DNA of 51,596 nucleotides, from assembly GCA_017624395.1 (NCBI GenBank), contig JAGANE010000251.1, positions 1-51,596 on the forward strand, in the 5' to 3' direction. The position numbers were made by a program, and so were the translations under genes. How positions within the stretch are numbered: the first letter of the stretch is position 1; every line of letters begins with the position of its first letter. This document shows, piece by piece, positions 16,159 to 26,238 of this stretch. The notes beneath the pieces are model-generated. The model did not search any database, was not told the origin of the DNA, and saw nothing but the letters and a program-made list of their open reading frames with translations. This stretch comes from Clostridia bacterium. Lineage in GTDB: Bacteria; Bacillota; Clostridia; Oscillospirales; CAG-272.

Positions 16159-16809
16159 TTAAAGCTTGGAATATCCAAAGCTGTTTACCAAGGCATCAAT
16201 TTTTTCTCCCCGACGGCACAAGGGACATTCATGTGAGGCATAGCTCTCAAAATCCTGCAGGTTTTTGGTCGGATTGAAGATAGCACGGACGGGGTACTCA
16301 GCACACTGCTCCACCGTTGCAAAAATTGCTGCAACGCCTGCAATATGTCCATTGTAATACTTGACCGCCTCAATTGCCGATTGTGCGGTGTATCCCGTAG
16401 TAACCGATGCCGCAAGGATCAGCACGTGCTTGCCCTCGATCATGGGAACGATATTATCACGGAAGAACAGCTGACTTCCCGACGTATGCTCGGGGGTAAC
16501 GACGTAAATGGTTTGGTGTGCATTGAGATTGACAAAATCGGCACGCGTCAGTTCATTGGCAAGGCAGGCACCGATGACCTCGGTTCCGTCCAAACACAAA
16601 ATGGTATCCACAATGGTGCTGTGGTTGTAATAGGTCACCAGCTCCTTTGCCACGGCGGTCGCCTCGGAAAGACGCGTTTTTTGCGTGGTCACATCAATAT
16701 AATAATTGATATGGCTATGGCTGGTTGCAAAGTGTCCCTTGGAGACTCTCAAAAAGAGATTGCGATGATTGGTGCGGATTTTGTAAGAATTTTCGGTTGG
16801 CATAGTCAT
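16159..16809 (-). CDS. phosphoribosyltransferase family protein (orotate-PRTase-like) with C-terminal CxxC
   Basis: 216 aa. PRPP-binding-like VLILAASVTTGYT. C-terminal HECPLCRRG. Confidence 0.7.
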   Translation of the reverse strand: MTMPTENSYKIRTNHRNLFLRVSKGHFATSHSHINYYIDVTTQKTRLSEATAVAKELVTYYNHSTIVDTILCLDGTEVIGACLANELTRADFVNLNAHQTIYVVTPEHTSGSQLFFRDNIVPMIEGKHVLILAASVTTGYTAQSAIEAVKYYNGHIAGVAAIFATVEQCAEYPVRAIFNPTKNLQDFESYASHECPLCRRGEKIDALVNSFGYSKL

Positions 16810-16824
16810 AACCCCTTTTTTTTT

Positions 16825-16853
16825 ATTATATCACAGAAAGCATCATATGTCAA
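16825..16853 (-). promoter_or_regulatory. consensus sigma-A promoter
   Basis: Minus-strand TTGACA (16853-16848), 17 nt, TGaTATAAT (16830-16825). Confidence 0.7.
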
Positions 16854-16914
16854 GAATTTTTTTGCCGTCAAATTCCGCCGCGATCCGTCATTCCTCTCAA
16901 AAAACAGAAAAGGA

Positions 16915-17532
16915 TCAAAATTCTATATCTTCTATGATACCCCGATCGATCAATTTTTTGAGCAGTGCGATCTCGGTATCCACACGCTCGGTCATTGCCG
17001 CACTCTCAAACCAATGCTCCCGTGAGCCATCCGAGGATACTGCAGGACACCCCGAAACAGTAAGCGTTCGGGGAAGATAACAACCTGCCAACGCAAGACC
17101 TCGGCGCAGGTGCCAGGGAGAGGTGACCACAATCACGTGATGCACGCTGTAAAGATGAAGCCTTCGGACAATCTGCAACGTACCAAAGATCATATTTTCG
17201 GGTGTGGTGCGTGCTTCGTTCTCGGAAAGAATTGCTTCATCGGGAACCCCTGCCCCACGCAAAAGGCGCGACAAGCCCTCCGATTCGGTCATCTCCTCCC
17301 CTTCATATTCCCAAATAACTCCGCCCGACGGCATGATATAGCGCACACGCTTTTCATGATAAAGCCTTGCCGCAGCCGCGGCACGCTCCTGCCAATACTT
17401 GGGACGTGAGCCAAGCAACAGAGCGACCTCACCCTGCCTTCCGCCGTCCTCGGTTCCTCCGTAAACGATGGCGGTCTTTTGTGCCACGGTCAGCTCCAAA
17501 AGCTCCTTTTCCCCAATTTGTGAAAGACGCAT
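16915..17532 (-). CDS. YdcF/ElyC/SanA family (DUF218) protein
   Basis: 205 aa. The pattern ...IMPSGG...E...M...GVP...I..E..ARTT.EN...VVTS.WHLRR is typical of DUF218. Confidence 0.75.
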   Translation of the reverse strand: MRLSQIGEKELLELTVAQKTAIVYGGTEDGGRQGEVALLLGSRPKYWQERAAAAARLYHEKRVRYIMPSGGVIWEYEGEEMTESEGLSRLLRGAGVPDEAILSENEARTTPENMIFGTLQIVRRLHLYSVHHVIVVTSPWHLRRGLALAGCYLPRTLTVSGCPAVSSDGSREHWFESAAMTERVDTEIALLKKLIDRGIIEDIEF

Positions 17533-17558
17533 ACTTCCCTCTCCTTACAAAATATCTT

Positions 17559-18782
17559 TTATGATCTGATCCCGTATTTTTCAATGACGTAATCCATATC
17601 CTTGTCGCCTCTGCCCGAAAGATTGATCAGCACCGAGCCATGCTCCATCGTTTTTGCAAGCTTCATTCCGTAAGCAACGGCATGAGCGCTCTCAATGGCG
17701 GGAATGATCCCCTCCATGCGCGAAAGCTTGTAAAAGGCGTCAATGGTCTCTTCATCATCGATCACGTCGTATTTGACTCTGCCAATCTCCTGCAAAAAAG
17801 CGTGCTCGGGCCCCGAGGAGGGATAATCCAATCCGCTTGCCACCGAATACACGGGGGCAGGCTCTCCGTTTTCATCCTTGAGCATGATGCTGTTAAAGCC
17901 GTGCATCACACCCTCGGTGCCGTATTTTAAGCTTGCCGCATGATCGCCAAGCTTAGGACCTCTGCCAAGCGGCTCAATGCCGTAGATCTCAACGGGATCG
18001 TTTAAAAATCCCGCAAACAGTCCCGCCGCATTGGAGCCACCGCCCACGCAGGCAACGATGGCACTGGGAAGATGCCCCGTCATGTCAATGAATTGCTCTC
18101 TCGCTTCAATTCCCACCACACTCTGAAAATCACGCACCATCATGGGAAAGGGGTGTGGTCCCAACACAGAACCGATACAGTAAATGGCGTTCTCATATTC
18201 ACGGCAGTAGGCGGCAAAGGCGGCATCCACAGCTTCCTTTAAGGTCTGAAGCCCCTCGGTCACCTCGATCACATTTGCGCCGAGGATCTTCATACGTGCC
18301 ACGTTGGGCGCTTGCTTTTTGATGTCAACCGACCCCATATAAATGTCGCACTCCAATCCAAAGTACGCCGCTGCGGTGGCAAGTGCTACGCCATGCTGTC
18401 CTGCACCCGTTTCGGCAATGACCTTCTTTTTGCCCATATACTTAGCAAGCAGTCCTTCCCCCATGCAATGGTTAAGCTTATGCGCACCCGTGTGATCGAG
18501 ATCCTCGCGCTTGGCGTAAAGCTGAACTCTGCCGCCCATCGCATCGGAAAGCCGCTCTAAGTGCGTTACGGGCGTAGGTCTGCCCTGGAATTCCTTGCGG
18601 ATTCTGCGTAGCTCGGCAATAAATTTGCGCGATTGACAGATCGAATAGTACGCCGTGGTGATCTCGTTCATCGCTCGCTGTAATTCGGGAGTAACAAAAG
18701 AGCCGCCGTATTTACCGAAAAAACCGTTTTGATCGGGATAATTTGCAAAATAAGTGTTAAAATCAACGCCGCTGTATTTCAT
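17559..18782 (-). CDS. trpB: tryptophan synthase beta chain
   Basis: ORF 17559..18791. Start moved to ATG 18782, 9 nt after [29 protein letters not shown] (PLP lysine) and ETGAGQHG motifs. Confidence 0.9.
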   Translation of the reverse strand: MKYSGVDFNTYFANYPDQNGFFGKYGGSFVTPELQRAMNEITTAYYSICQSRKFIAELRRIRKEFQGRPTPVTHLERLSDAMGGRVQLYAKREDLDHTGAHKLNHCMGEGLLAKYMGKKKVIAETGAGQHGVALATAAAYFGLECDIYMGSVDIKKQAPNVARMKILGANVIEVTEGLQTLKEAVDAAFAAYCREYENAIYCIGSVLGPHPFPMMVRDFQSVVGIEAREQFIDMTGHLPSAIVACVGGGSNAAGLFAGFLNDPVEIYGIEPLGRGPKLGDHAASLKYGTEGVMHGFNSIMLKDENGEPAPVYSVASGLDYPSSGPEHAFLQEIGRVKYDVIDDEETIDAFYKLSRMEGIIPAIESAHAVAYGMKLAKTMEHGSVLINLSGRGDKDMDYVIEKYGIRS

Positions 18783-18894
18783 ATATATCAATCCTCCAAA
18801 AATTCGTTTGTTTGTATTAAGGTAAGCCTTTGATCAATCTCAAAGCGTCGCCATCGTTTTCCCGGCTTCAATTGAACCCCCCCGTAAGGTCAGA

Positions 18895-19175
18895 AAACAA
18901 AAAGTCCCTGACAGAATGATACTTCTGTCAAGGACGGAACATCTATGATCCGCGGTGCCACCTTGCTTCGTGCCAAAAAGCACGCTCTTTTTGAGATACC
19001 AAGCATATCCCCGACAACTGACGTATGCCTCACGTTGCAGAATACTCGGAAGGATCCCCTCCCTTTGACTGCACCCTCCGCGGTCCATTTGTAAGGCAGT
19101 GCCAACCCGACTCTCATCCTCACGGGCTCTCTGTGTGGTCTGTACCCAACGTTATCTCCGCATCAACGGTTTACA
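18895..19175 (-). promoter_or_regulatory. T-box leader (tRNA-sensing riboswitch), probable Trp (UGG) specifier
   Basis: mRNA-sense T-box motif AAGGUGGCACCGCGG (18950-18964). Terminator stem 18904-18916 / 18923-18935 followed by UUUUUGUUUU. AGAGAG motif in stem I. UGG-A at 19087-19084 sits directly 5' of the helix that closes on a UGAUG/GA K-turn-like base. Confidence 0.8.
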
Positions 19176-19181
19176 CAAATA

Positions 19182-19210
19182 AGTATAGCATATTTTTTTG
19201 ACCGTGTCAA
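19182..19210 (-). promoter_or_regulatory. near-consensus sigma-A promoter of the T-box/trpB transcript
   Basis: Minus-strand TTGACA (19210-19205), 17 nt, TATACT (19187-19182). Confidence 0.7.
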
Positions 19211-19250
19211 CTGTTTTTTTCGAATTTCAAAAATTTCCTTTTGCAAATCT

Positions 19251-20168
19251 TCAAAGTTGCTTTAAAATCGGTTCCTCTCGCTCCATGTAAACCGCAGAAT
19301 CATGGATCAAAAGATCGCGATATGCCGAGGGGGGCATTCCCACGTGCTTGCGAAAGCAACGCGAAAAATAGGCAGGGCTTTCAAAACCAAGTCTTTCGGA
19401 AATCTCGCTGACGGTGAGTCGCTTTTGCTTGAGCAGGCGCTTTGCCTCGGAGATCTTCAATCCAAGGTAATAGTGCATCACACTGTCACCCGTGCTTGCC
19501 TTGAACAACTCGCACAGGCGGCTTTTGCCAAAGTGAAAGACCTCCGAAAGCATATCCAGCGTGATGCGGTCATAAAGATGGGCGGAAAGATAAGTACAAA
19601 TTCTTTGTGCCGTGGTATCTCCTGCCGACTCGCGCACAAACACCCCCGTACCGTCCTCACCGCTCTCTTCCGCACTGCGGATCAAACGCAGGAGCAGCTC
19701 CTCCAAATACAAACGGATCAGCTGCTGTCCCCCCACGGGGGCATCGGAACGAAGCTTGAGCGGATAGACCGACGGCAAAAAGGTTGCGGTGCTTTCCTCA
19801 ATCAGCCGCTTGATCAGTGAACGAAGCTCTGCCGAGGGCTTTACGGTTCGTCCGCAAAAGAATCGCATGGCAGGAGAACGGCAATCAAAGGTCATAATAA
19901 ACACCGAGGCGCCCGACACGCCGTCACACTCCACGCCGTGAAATTCGTTGGGCTGATGAAAGGTGATCTCCCCCTGACGCAGGCGATAGCGTCGCTCGCC
20001 CGCACGCACGCTCAATTCACCGCGATCCACGTAAACAAGCTCCCAAAAATCGTGTGCCTCGCCTTTGGTAAAGAAAGAGGGAGAAAGCTCGTAGCAAAGA
20101 ATGGTCGCCACGCGCGTGACCTGGAGTGTATTTTTTAGAGACACCTTAACGTAGGCTTGATTTGACAT
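19251..20168 (-). CDS. AraC family transcriptional regulator (cupin sensor + HTH)
   Basis: 305 aa. The N-terminal cupin-like half has HDFWELVYV. The C-terminal half has the AraC HTH signature (..ISERLGFESPAYFSRCFRKHVGMPPSAYR). Confidence 0.85.
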   Translation of the reverse strand: MSNQAYVKVSLKNTLQVTRVATILCYELSPSFFTKGEAHDFWELVYVDRGELSVRAGERRYRLRQGEITFHQPNEFHGVECDGVSGASVFIMTFDCRSPAMRFFCGRTVKPSAELRSLIKRLIEESTATFLPSVYPLKLRSDAPVGGQQLIRLYLEELLLRLIRSAEESGEDGTGVFVRESAGDTTAQRICTYLSAHLYDRITLDMLSEVFHFGKSRLCELFKASTGDSVMHYYLGLKISEAKRLLKQKRLTVSEISERLGFESPAYFSRCFRKHVGMPPSAYRDLLIHDSAVYMEREEPILKQL

Positions 20169-20364
20169 AAATTTTCCTCGCTTTTCAAAAAATCGGAAGA
20201 TAGTGCAAGTTTTGCGTATGATTTGGTATGGAAAAAAAGAGCAAAATCATGTATCATAAAATAGAAGATGTGCGATGCATATATTGTAGCATATTTTTTG
20301 ACCAATTGCAACCAAAACCAAAAAGTTTTTAAACAAACCCTGATTTTTTTGAGGAGGATAAGAA

Positions 20365-21072
20365 ATGTATACTGTTCTTGCCATTACCACACATCCCGAC
20401 GACATGGAGATCAACTGTGCGGGAACACTGCTCAAATGCAAGGCACGCGGTGACCGTGTAGTCGTTTGCCATCTTTGCAACGGCGACCTCGGACACGAGA
20501 TCATTCAACCCGAGGAGCTTGCCACAATCCGTGCGGGCGAGGCGAAGCGCAGCGGCGACATGGCGGGCTTTGAGGTTATTTGGGGAGGATTTCACGACGT
20601 GGACATCTACTCCGAAAACCGCGAGGCACGCGACAAGGTGGTTGACGTGATCCGCCAAGTCAACCCCGACTTTATCATTACGCACGATCCCAACGACTAC
20701 ATGCCCGACCACACCGCAACCTCACGTCTGGTCTTTGATGCAAGCTTTGCGGCAACCGTTCCGCATTATCAGTCGGGCGTTGACACGCCTGCCCGTCTTG
20801 TTCCCATTTACTACATGGACAACCTTGCAGGGGTCAATTTTGTTCCCACCGAGTTTGTTGACGTTTCCGAGCAGATCGACCAAAAGCTTGCGATGCTGGA
20901 ATGCCATGAATCGCAGGTGGTTTGGATGCGCGACCATGATAACATCGACTTCCCCGATATGGTCAAAACCTGCTGCCGTTATCGCGGCTATCAGTGCGGC
21001 GCTGATTACGCCGAGGCGTTCCGTATGTGTCAGGCATATCTCAAGGGAACCACCAAGCGTCTCTTACCTTAA
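20365..21072 (+). CDS. PIG-L/LmbE family deacetylase
   Basis: 235 aa. AITTHPDDMEI zinc-binding motif. GAGGAGGA SD. Confidence 0.85.
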   Translation: MYTVLAITTHPDDMEINCAGTLLKCKARGDRVVVCHLCNGDLGHEIIQPEELATIRAGEAKRSGDMAGFEVIWGGFHDVDIYSENREARDKVVDVIRQVNPDFIITHDPNDYMPDHTATSRLVFDASFAATVPHYQSGVDTPARLVPIYYMDNLAGVNFVPTEFVDVSEQIDQKLAMLECHESQVVWMRDHDNIDFPDMVKTCCRYRGYQCGADYAEAFRMCQAYLKGTTKRLLP

Positions 21073-21145
21073 TTGATATAAAACATTCAACATAAAAAAC
21101 AAAACAGAAAGGAGATCGCAGACACCCGTCTGCGTAACAAACATC

Positions 21146-22093
21146 ATGAATTTTAACGATACCGTCAAGGGCTCCGCATTGGAGGGCTGTTATCCCGCCG
21201 GCTGGGATTTTGCAAAGATCGATGCCTGCATCGACTCTCCCGAAAAGATCACCGAAAGACAGAGCTATTGGAACCCCGACTTTACGCCCATTCCCTGCAA
21301 CGCCTTGGGCGATTTTGACACCTATATGGGTCATGAGATCGCTTTGCAGATCAAGCTTGCCAAGGACGGAGGCGAAAAGATCGCATTCATTCTGCCCGTA
21401 GGTCCTATGGGAATGTACAAATGGGTGGTCTATTTCCTCAAAGCATGGAGCGTCTCCTGCGAGCACGTCTACACCTTTAACATGGACGAGTGGGCAGATG
21501 CCGAGGGTAATACGCTGGCTCCCGATAACACGGGTGCCTTCCAATACGCCATGGAGCAGGCACTCTTCAATCCTCTGGGTGAATTGACCGTTCCCAAGGA
21601 TCACCGCAACTTTGCAACCAAGCAAAATCTGCCTACTTACCCCGAAAAGATCGCCGCACTCAAGGCAGAGGGTGCAAAGCTGGTATTGGTCTACGGCATT
21701 GGCCGTATGTGCCACATCGCATTCTGGGAGCCCACCTTTGCCGCCGATTACGCAACCGCAGAGGAATGGGAAAAGGCACCCTACCGCATTGCCGCAAAGA
21801 TCCATCCGCTGACCGTGGAGCAGAACGCGCTGACCAGCTTTAAGTCGAGAACCACGTTGGTTCCCTGCCGCGCCAACACCATCGGCCCCGGACTCTTTTT
21901 GCAGGCTGACTACGCCATCGGCGGTGCCGACGGCACTCTCGGCAGAGGTATGCAGTGGCAGGGCATGTCTCTTTGGATGACGCTCCGCTACGGCAAGACG
22001 CCTTGGATCACCTCCACCTACATCCCCACCCTTCCCGGTAAGCTCTTCTTCTTGAACGAGCTTGCAGGTCCTCTGGTAGCAGAGTGTAACTGA
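21146..22093 (+). CDS. glucosamine-6-phosphate deaminase/isomerase-like (NagB fold) protein
   Basis: 315 aa. The [15 protein letters not shown] block resembles the NagB/6-phosphogluconolactonase family. The only in-frame start is ATG 21146. A GCAGAC-ACCC-GTCTGC hairpin separates it from an AAAGGAG. Confidence 0.55.
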   Translation: MNFNDTVKGSALEGCYPAGWDFAKIDACIDSPEKITERQSYWNPDFTPIPCNALGDFDTYMGHEIALQIKLAKDGGEKIAFILPVGPMGMYKWVVYFLKAWSVSCEHVYTFNMDEWADAEGNTLAPDNTGAFQYAMEQALFNPLGELTVPKDHRNFATKQNLPTYPEKIAALKAEGAKLVLVYGIGRMCHIAFWEPTFAADYATAEEWEKAPYRIAAKIHPLTVEQNALTSFKSRTTLVPCRANTIGPGLFLQADYAIGGADGTLGRGMQWQGMSLWMTLRYGKTPWITSTYIPTLPGKLFFLNELAGPLVAECN

Positions 22094-22094
22094 T

Positions 22095-23060
22095 ATGAAG
22101 GAACGCAGTGGAATTGCCGTTGCGGGATCGATCCTTGTAGATAAGATCTATACGATCTCCGCTTATCCCAAGGCAGGAGAGCTGACACAAATCCGCTCGA
22201 TCACGCAGGCGGTGGGAGGACTTGTTCCCAACAACGGTATCGGCCTGTAAAAGCTTTGCCCCTCGCTTTCCGTCTTTGCCATCGGCAAGGTTGGAAACGA
22301 CGAGCAGGGAGACTTTGTTTTGAAGGCACTGCAGAACAACGACGTGGACACCTCGGGTGTCCGCGTCGCCTGCGGTGAGGTAACCAGCTTTACCGACGTC
22401 ATGAGCATCACGGGAGGTCAGCGCACCTTCTTTACCTACCCCGGTGGAAGTGCCGCCTTTGGATACGACGACATTGATTGGGATTCCCTCACCTGCAAAA
22501 TGCTTCACCTCGGCTATTTTCTGCTTTTGGAAAAGGTGGACTGCGGTGACGGCTTGCGCATTTTAAAGGAGGCACAAGCACGCGGAATCAAGACCTCCAT
22601 TGACCTTGTCAGCGAAAATTCCGACCGTTACACCGCAGTCATTCCTTGCTTGCCTTATGTTGATAATCTGATCGTAAACGAGCTGGAGGCAGGAAAGCTT
22701 TGCGGAATGGAGCCGACCGAGGAGAATCTCCCTCGCATTGCAAAAAAGCTGCTTGACATGGGTGTACGGGAGCGCGTGATCATTCACACCCCCGCGCTTG
22801 GTATTTGCGCGAGTGTAACCGATTGCATCTCTCTCCCCTCCTACCGTTTGCCCGCAGGCTTTATCAAGGGTACAACAGGCGCGGGCGACGCCTTTTGCTC
22901 GGGTGCCTTGATTGCAATCGATCAAGGAAAGAGCGACCGTGAAATTTTGGAATATGCCCAGACCGCGGCAATTGCCGCTCTGCGCACGCCCGATGCCACC
23001 GGAGGTCTGGAACCCCTGAGCACCCTTTTTGGCACGTTTGAAAATTTTGAAAGAATCTAA
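22095..23060 (+). pseudogene. PfkB-family carbohydrate kinase interrupted by an in-frame TAA (codon 52)
   Basis: ATG 22095 (MKERSGIAVAGSILVDKIY...) is in the same frame as track ORF 22320..23060. TAA at 22248-22250 sits within the conserved ...GGLVPNNGIGL*KLCPSLSVFAIGKVGND region. C-terminal TTGAGDAF motif. Confidence 0.8.
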
Positions 23061-23072
23061 AGAGAACACACC

Positions 23073-23927
23073 ATGATAAAGCTTACAAACTACAACACCT
23101 TTCAAGCCGACGTACTGTCGCACGGATTGGAATACGCCGTCCGTCACAGCGTAGACCTCGGCTTTGATGCGGTGGAATTTTTGGACACCTGCAGGATGGG
23201 AGACTCGATTTTGCCCACGCTTGGAGAAGCCAAGGACGTTAAGGCACTCCTTGACCGCTACGGTTTGGGCGTGTCGTGCTATTCGGTGGGAGTACAGCTT
23301 TTGTGCGACGATCCTACGGCAACCGAAAAAGCGCTCTTTGCGCATATTGATTTTGCCGCCGCCATTGGATCCAAGCTCTTTCATCACACCATCGTTCCCG
23401 TTCTTACGCTTCCCGCAGACGCCCCCTCCTACGAGGACGTCATGCAAAAGATCCTCCCTTATGCCGAGCATATTGCCTCGTATTGTACGTCTCGCGGACT
23501 GACTTGTCTGTACGAGCCGCAGGGAATGTATTTTAACGGCATTCAAGGGCTCAAGCCCTTCCTTGCAAAAATGAAGCAAGCGGGACACCGCGTCGGTCTG
23601 TGCGGAGATTTTGGAAATTCTCTCTTTGTGGACGTCGCGCCCGATGCGATCTTTGACGAGTTTATCGGTGACATCAAGCACGTACACGTCAAGGATTATC
23701 TGGTTTCGGACACGGAGATCGACGGAAAGCACACCGATTTTTGCAGTAAGGGCGGAAGGTGGATCTATGAAGCCGACATGGGCGAGGGCTCTGTCAAGCT
23801 TGACCGTTGCTTTGATGCGCTCAGGGCGGTAAACTATGACGGTGCCGTCAGTTTTGAATTTGTAGCCGACGACGAGACCAACAAAAAAGCCATGCAGTTG
23901 GTTCGCGAAAAGCTAGGGATTCTATAA
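23073..23927 (+). CDS. sugar phosphate isomerase/epimerase (xylose-isomerase-like TIM barrel)
   Basis: 284 aa. Pattern typical of AP endonuclease 2/TIM barrel proteins (FDAVEF..., LCYEP, VHVKD). Confidence 0.75.
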   Translation: MIKLTNYNTFQADVLSHGLEYAVRHSVDLGFDAVEFLDTCRMGDSILPTLGEAKDVKALLDRYGLGVSCYSVGVQLLCDDPTATEKALFAHIDFAAAIGSKLFHHTIVPVLTLPADAPSYEDVMQKILPYAEHIASYCTSRGLTCLYEPQGMYFNGIQGLKPFLAKMKQAGHRVGLCGDFGNSLFVDVAPDAIFDEFIGDIKHVHVKDYLVSDTEIDGKHTDFCSKGGRWIYEADMGEGSVKLDRCFDALRAVNYDGAVSFEFVADDETNKKAMQLVREKLGIL

Positions 23928-24112
23928 TTCCCCAAAAAAGCGAACAGGCACACGCCCAAAAATGAGTGTGCTTATCAAAAAAAGTATAAATTCAAACGTT
24001 CCCACAGATCGAGGTAATCGGTTTGTGGGAACGTTGTTGTATAAGCAGAAGAAGTGATTCAGAAAAAGGTTTGCTTACGCAAACGATATCATTGATTTGC
24101 GTAATACCTAAT

Positions 24113-25240
24113 TTATTGATTGCTTTCGTATTTTCCGCAATACCAGCCAACAACGCCATCTTTCTTTACAATACAACCCTTTGAGGTTTTCGAGATCAAT
24201 GACAGCGTATCTCCTGTTTCAACAGGGAGTATATAGTCTGTATAGTCGGAACATTTGATATCTTTTGTTATATATGTGTTTGGAATATAAAGATTTCTCC
24301 CACTATGCACATGTTTAATGTAAGAAAATTCTTCTTCTTTTTCGATAATCATAATTTCGTTGTTCGACCATGAAATATGGATCGGATCGTCACTTGCGAC
24401 CTGTTTGTCAAGTGCTGTGATCGTAGGCTTTTCATCATAACTTACGTATGAAATTTCATCAACCGAGCAATTGATATCGGGTATCACCAAAAGATTTAGT
24501 TGCCCCTCCTCTTTGATACCGCACCCACCGTCTATGGAAATAATTTTTTTGTTTCTGTCGATGATCGGATTTAATTGTTGCACAGAGGTGCTGTATAACG
24601 CTACCGGCCAATGCCCCACTACAACATATTTATCAAAGGTATGAGGGGTGGCGGTCATAAAAGCATTGAATTTCGTCAACTCAAAAAGCCCTTTGTTCTC
24701 GTTATTTGCCACCTCTTTTTCACGCAAGCCGCCGTGAACAAAAATGTAATTTTGAGTTTCTACTATGGCAGGAAGATTGGAAATAAAATCAAATTCCGGT
24801 TTAAAATGAGCAACAACATCTTGCTTTGCTAATAAAATATCTTTCGGAGAATTGATTGTATAACCGCATTCTTTTGCAAGCTCCTCGTAAAAGCTGGAGC
24901 CTACCCATTTTCTCAAATCCAAAATGTAGTTGTAAAAATCGGTTGCAGTCTCTTTTGATAAGTTATGAATCAATTGTAATCGGTAAGCATCAACGTTTCC
25001 TATGAGCGGGATTACGTTTTTTTGCTTACAGAGGTCCATAACATAACGCAAAGCTCCTAAATTTTCAGGTCCTTTTTCTATCATGTCTCCGACAATGAAT
25101 AAAATATCGTTATCTGAAAAAGACACTTTTTTCAAGATGTTTTTTAAATAGGATAAATGTCCATGAATATCACTTGTAACAAGGATCCTTTTTCCTGACT
25201 CCACGGATAATTGTTTGATTTTTGTATTTAACTGTATCAT
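24113..25240 (-). CDS. metallophosphoesterase (PPP-type) with C-terminal SH3-like extension
   Basis: 375 aa. Motifs SDIHGH, GDMIEKGP, GNVD, VHGG. AT-rich codon usage. Confidence 0.8.
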   Translation of the reverse strand: MIQLNTKIKQLSVESGKRILVTSDIHGHLSYLKNILKKVSFSDNDILFIVGDMIEKGPENLGALRYVMDLCKQKNVIPLIGNVDAYRLQLIHNLSKETATDFYNYILDLRKWVGSSFYEELAKECGYTINSPKDILLAKQDVVAHFKPEFDFISNLPAIVETQNYIFVHGGLREKEVANNENKGLFELTKFNAFMTATPHTFDKYVVVGHWPVALYSTSVQQLNPIIDRNKKIISIDGGCGIKEEGQLNLLVIPDINCSVDEISYVSYDEKPTITALDKQVASDDPIHISWSNNEIMIIEKEEEFSYIKHVHSGRNLYIPNTYITKDIKCSDYTDYILPVETGDTLSLISKTSKGCIVKKDGVVGWYCGKYESNQ

Positions 25241-25270
25241 TCCTTACTTCCTTCTGCTGTCTTGTTTTAA

Positions 25271-26065
25271 TCAGATTCTTTTTTTGGACAACAATTCACT
25301 CAACGGTTTGAATTTTAAAGAGGTGTCGATGTATTCTTCTATATATTCGTCATCTTTCCAATAGGATTTTAATCCGTACGCTTCAATCCCATGATAAGAT
25401 GCGTCACTCGTAATCAGTCTGTAGGTATCATCAACAATTTCAAGTGCCGTACAATTTGACATAGAAAGCCCGACCTGATTGCTTTTTTTCAACAGTTCTT
25501 TTACATTTTTTAATCGATCTTTTTCATCGCAATGCGGAACGAACAGTCCCTCAACAAAGCCTAAACAATCCATTCCAATCAACGGCTGGTTATCACCGTA
25601 TTTAATCTTTAGTGAATCAGAGGAACATTCCTTAAACCAACAATTTGCGCCGGCAGAAACGCCACACATCACTTTTCCGTCGATCCACGCTTGCCTTAAA
25701 ATTGAATCAAAGGCTGTTTCTCTCCACAATGCTATCATATCAAGTGTGTTGCCGCCGCCTTCAAAAATAATATCAGCCCAATCAATAAGATTTTTTACAT
25801 AGCTTGTATTAGTCAATTCATCGCTTCTCAAATGACGGCAAGGACAACCGTATATTTTTTCATAAATATCTGTCATCACTTGAAAATAACCGTTTTGTCT
25901 TTCTAACGGTTGTGCGTGAGCCAACAAAAGAAAATTTGGCTGTTTTTTATTTGTTAATCTGATAATTTCCTTATCCTGGTTCGCAAGCTCGTATGGAAGC
26001 CGTGTGCCATTTGCACGCAAACGACCATTCTCTCCGCCACCAATAGCAACGATCTTTTTGCTCAT
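25271..26065 (-). CDS. peptidase S51 (dipeptidase E / cyanophycinase-like) family protein
   Basis: ORF 25271..26092. Start moved to ATG 26065 (MSKKIVAIGGG) after AAGGGGG. GGGNTLDMI and GVSAGANCW (nucleophile Ser) blocks. Confidence 0.7.
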   Translation of the reverse strand: MSKKIVAIGGGENGRLRANGTRLPYELANQDKEIIRLTNKKQPNFLLLAHAQPLERQNGYFQVMTDIYEKIYGCPCRHLRSDELTNTSYVKNLIDWADIIFEGGGNTLDMIALWRETAFDSILRQAWIDGKVMCGVSAGANCWFKECSSDSLKIKYGDNQPLIGMDCLGFVEGLFVPHCDEKDRLKNVKELLKKSNQVGLSMSNCTALEIVDDTYRLITSDASYHGIEAYGLKSYWKDDEYIEEYIDTSLKFKPLSELLSKKRI

Positions 26066-26139
26066 TTTTCCCCCTTTTATCGTAAGCTTCACATTTGTAT
26101 TACAAATGCATCGGGCAAGCTTTTCTCCCTATTATAGTG

Positions 26140-26171
26140 CAAAAACCGCAGAAAAACGATCTGCGGTTTTT
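26140..26171. terminator. intrinsic terminator after fba (bidirectional shape)
   Basis: Stem AACCGCAGA (26144-26152) / TCTGCGGTT (26160-26168), flanked by A5 and T5. Confidence 0.7.
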
Positions 26172-26238
26172 GTATTCTGATTGCTTCGCTAATAAAACAA
26201 GAAAAATTGTGTATTCCTGTTTTAGTATCAAAAATCAA

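Noticed and set aside
22563-23732. 389-aa minus-strand ORF across the PfkB and TIM-barrel genes
   Set aside because: It is an antisense shadow spanning two well-supported plus-strand genes and their junction. It has no recognisable motifs or SD.
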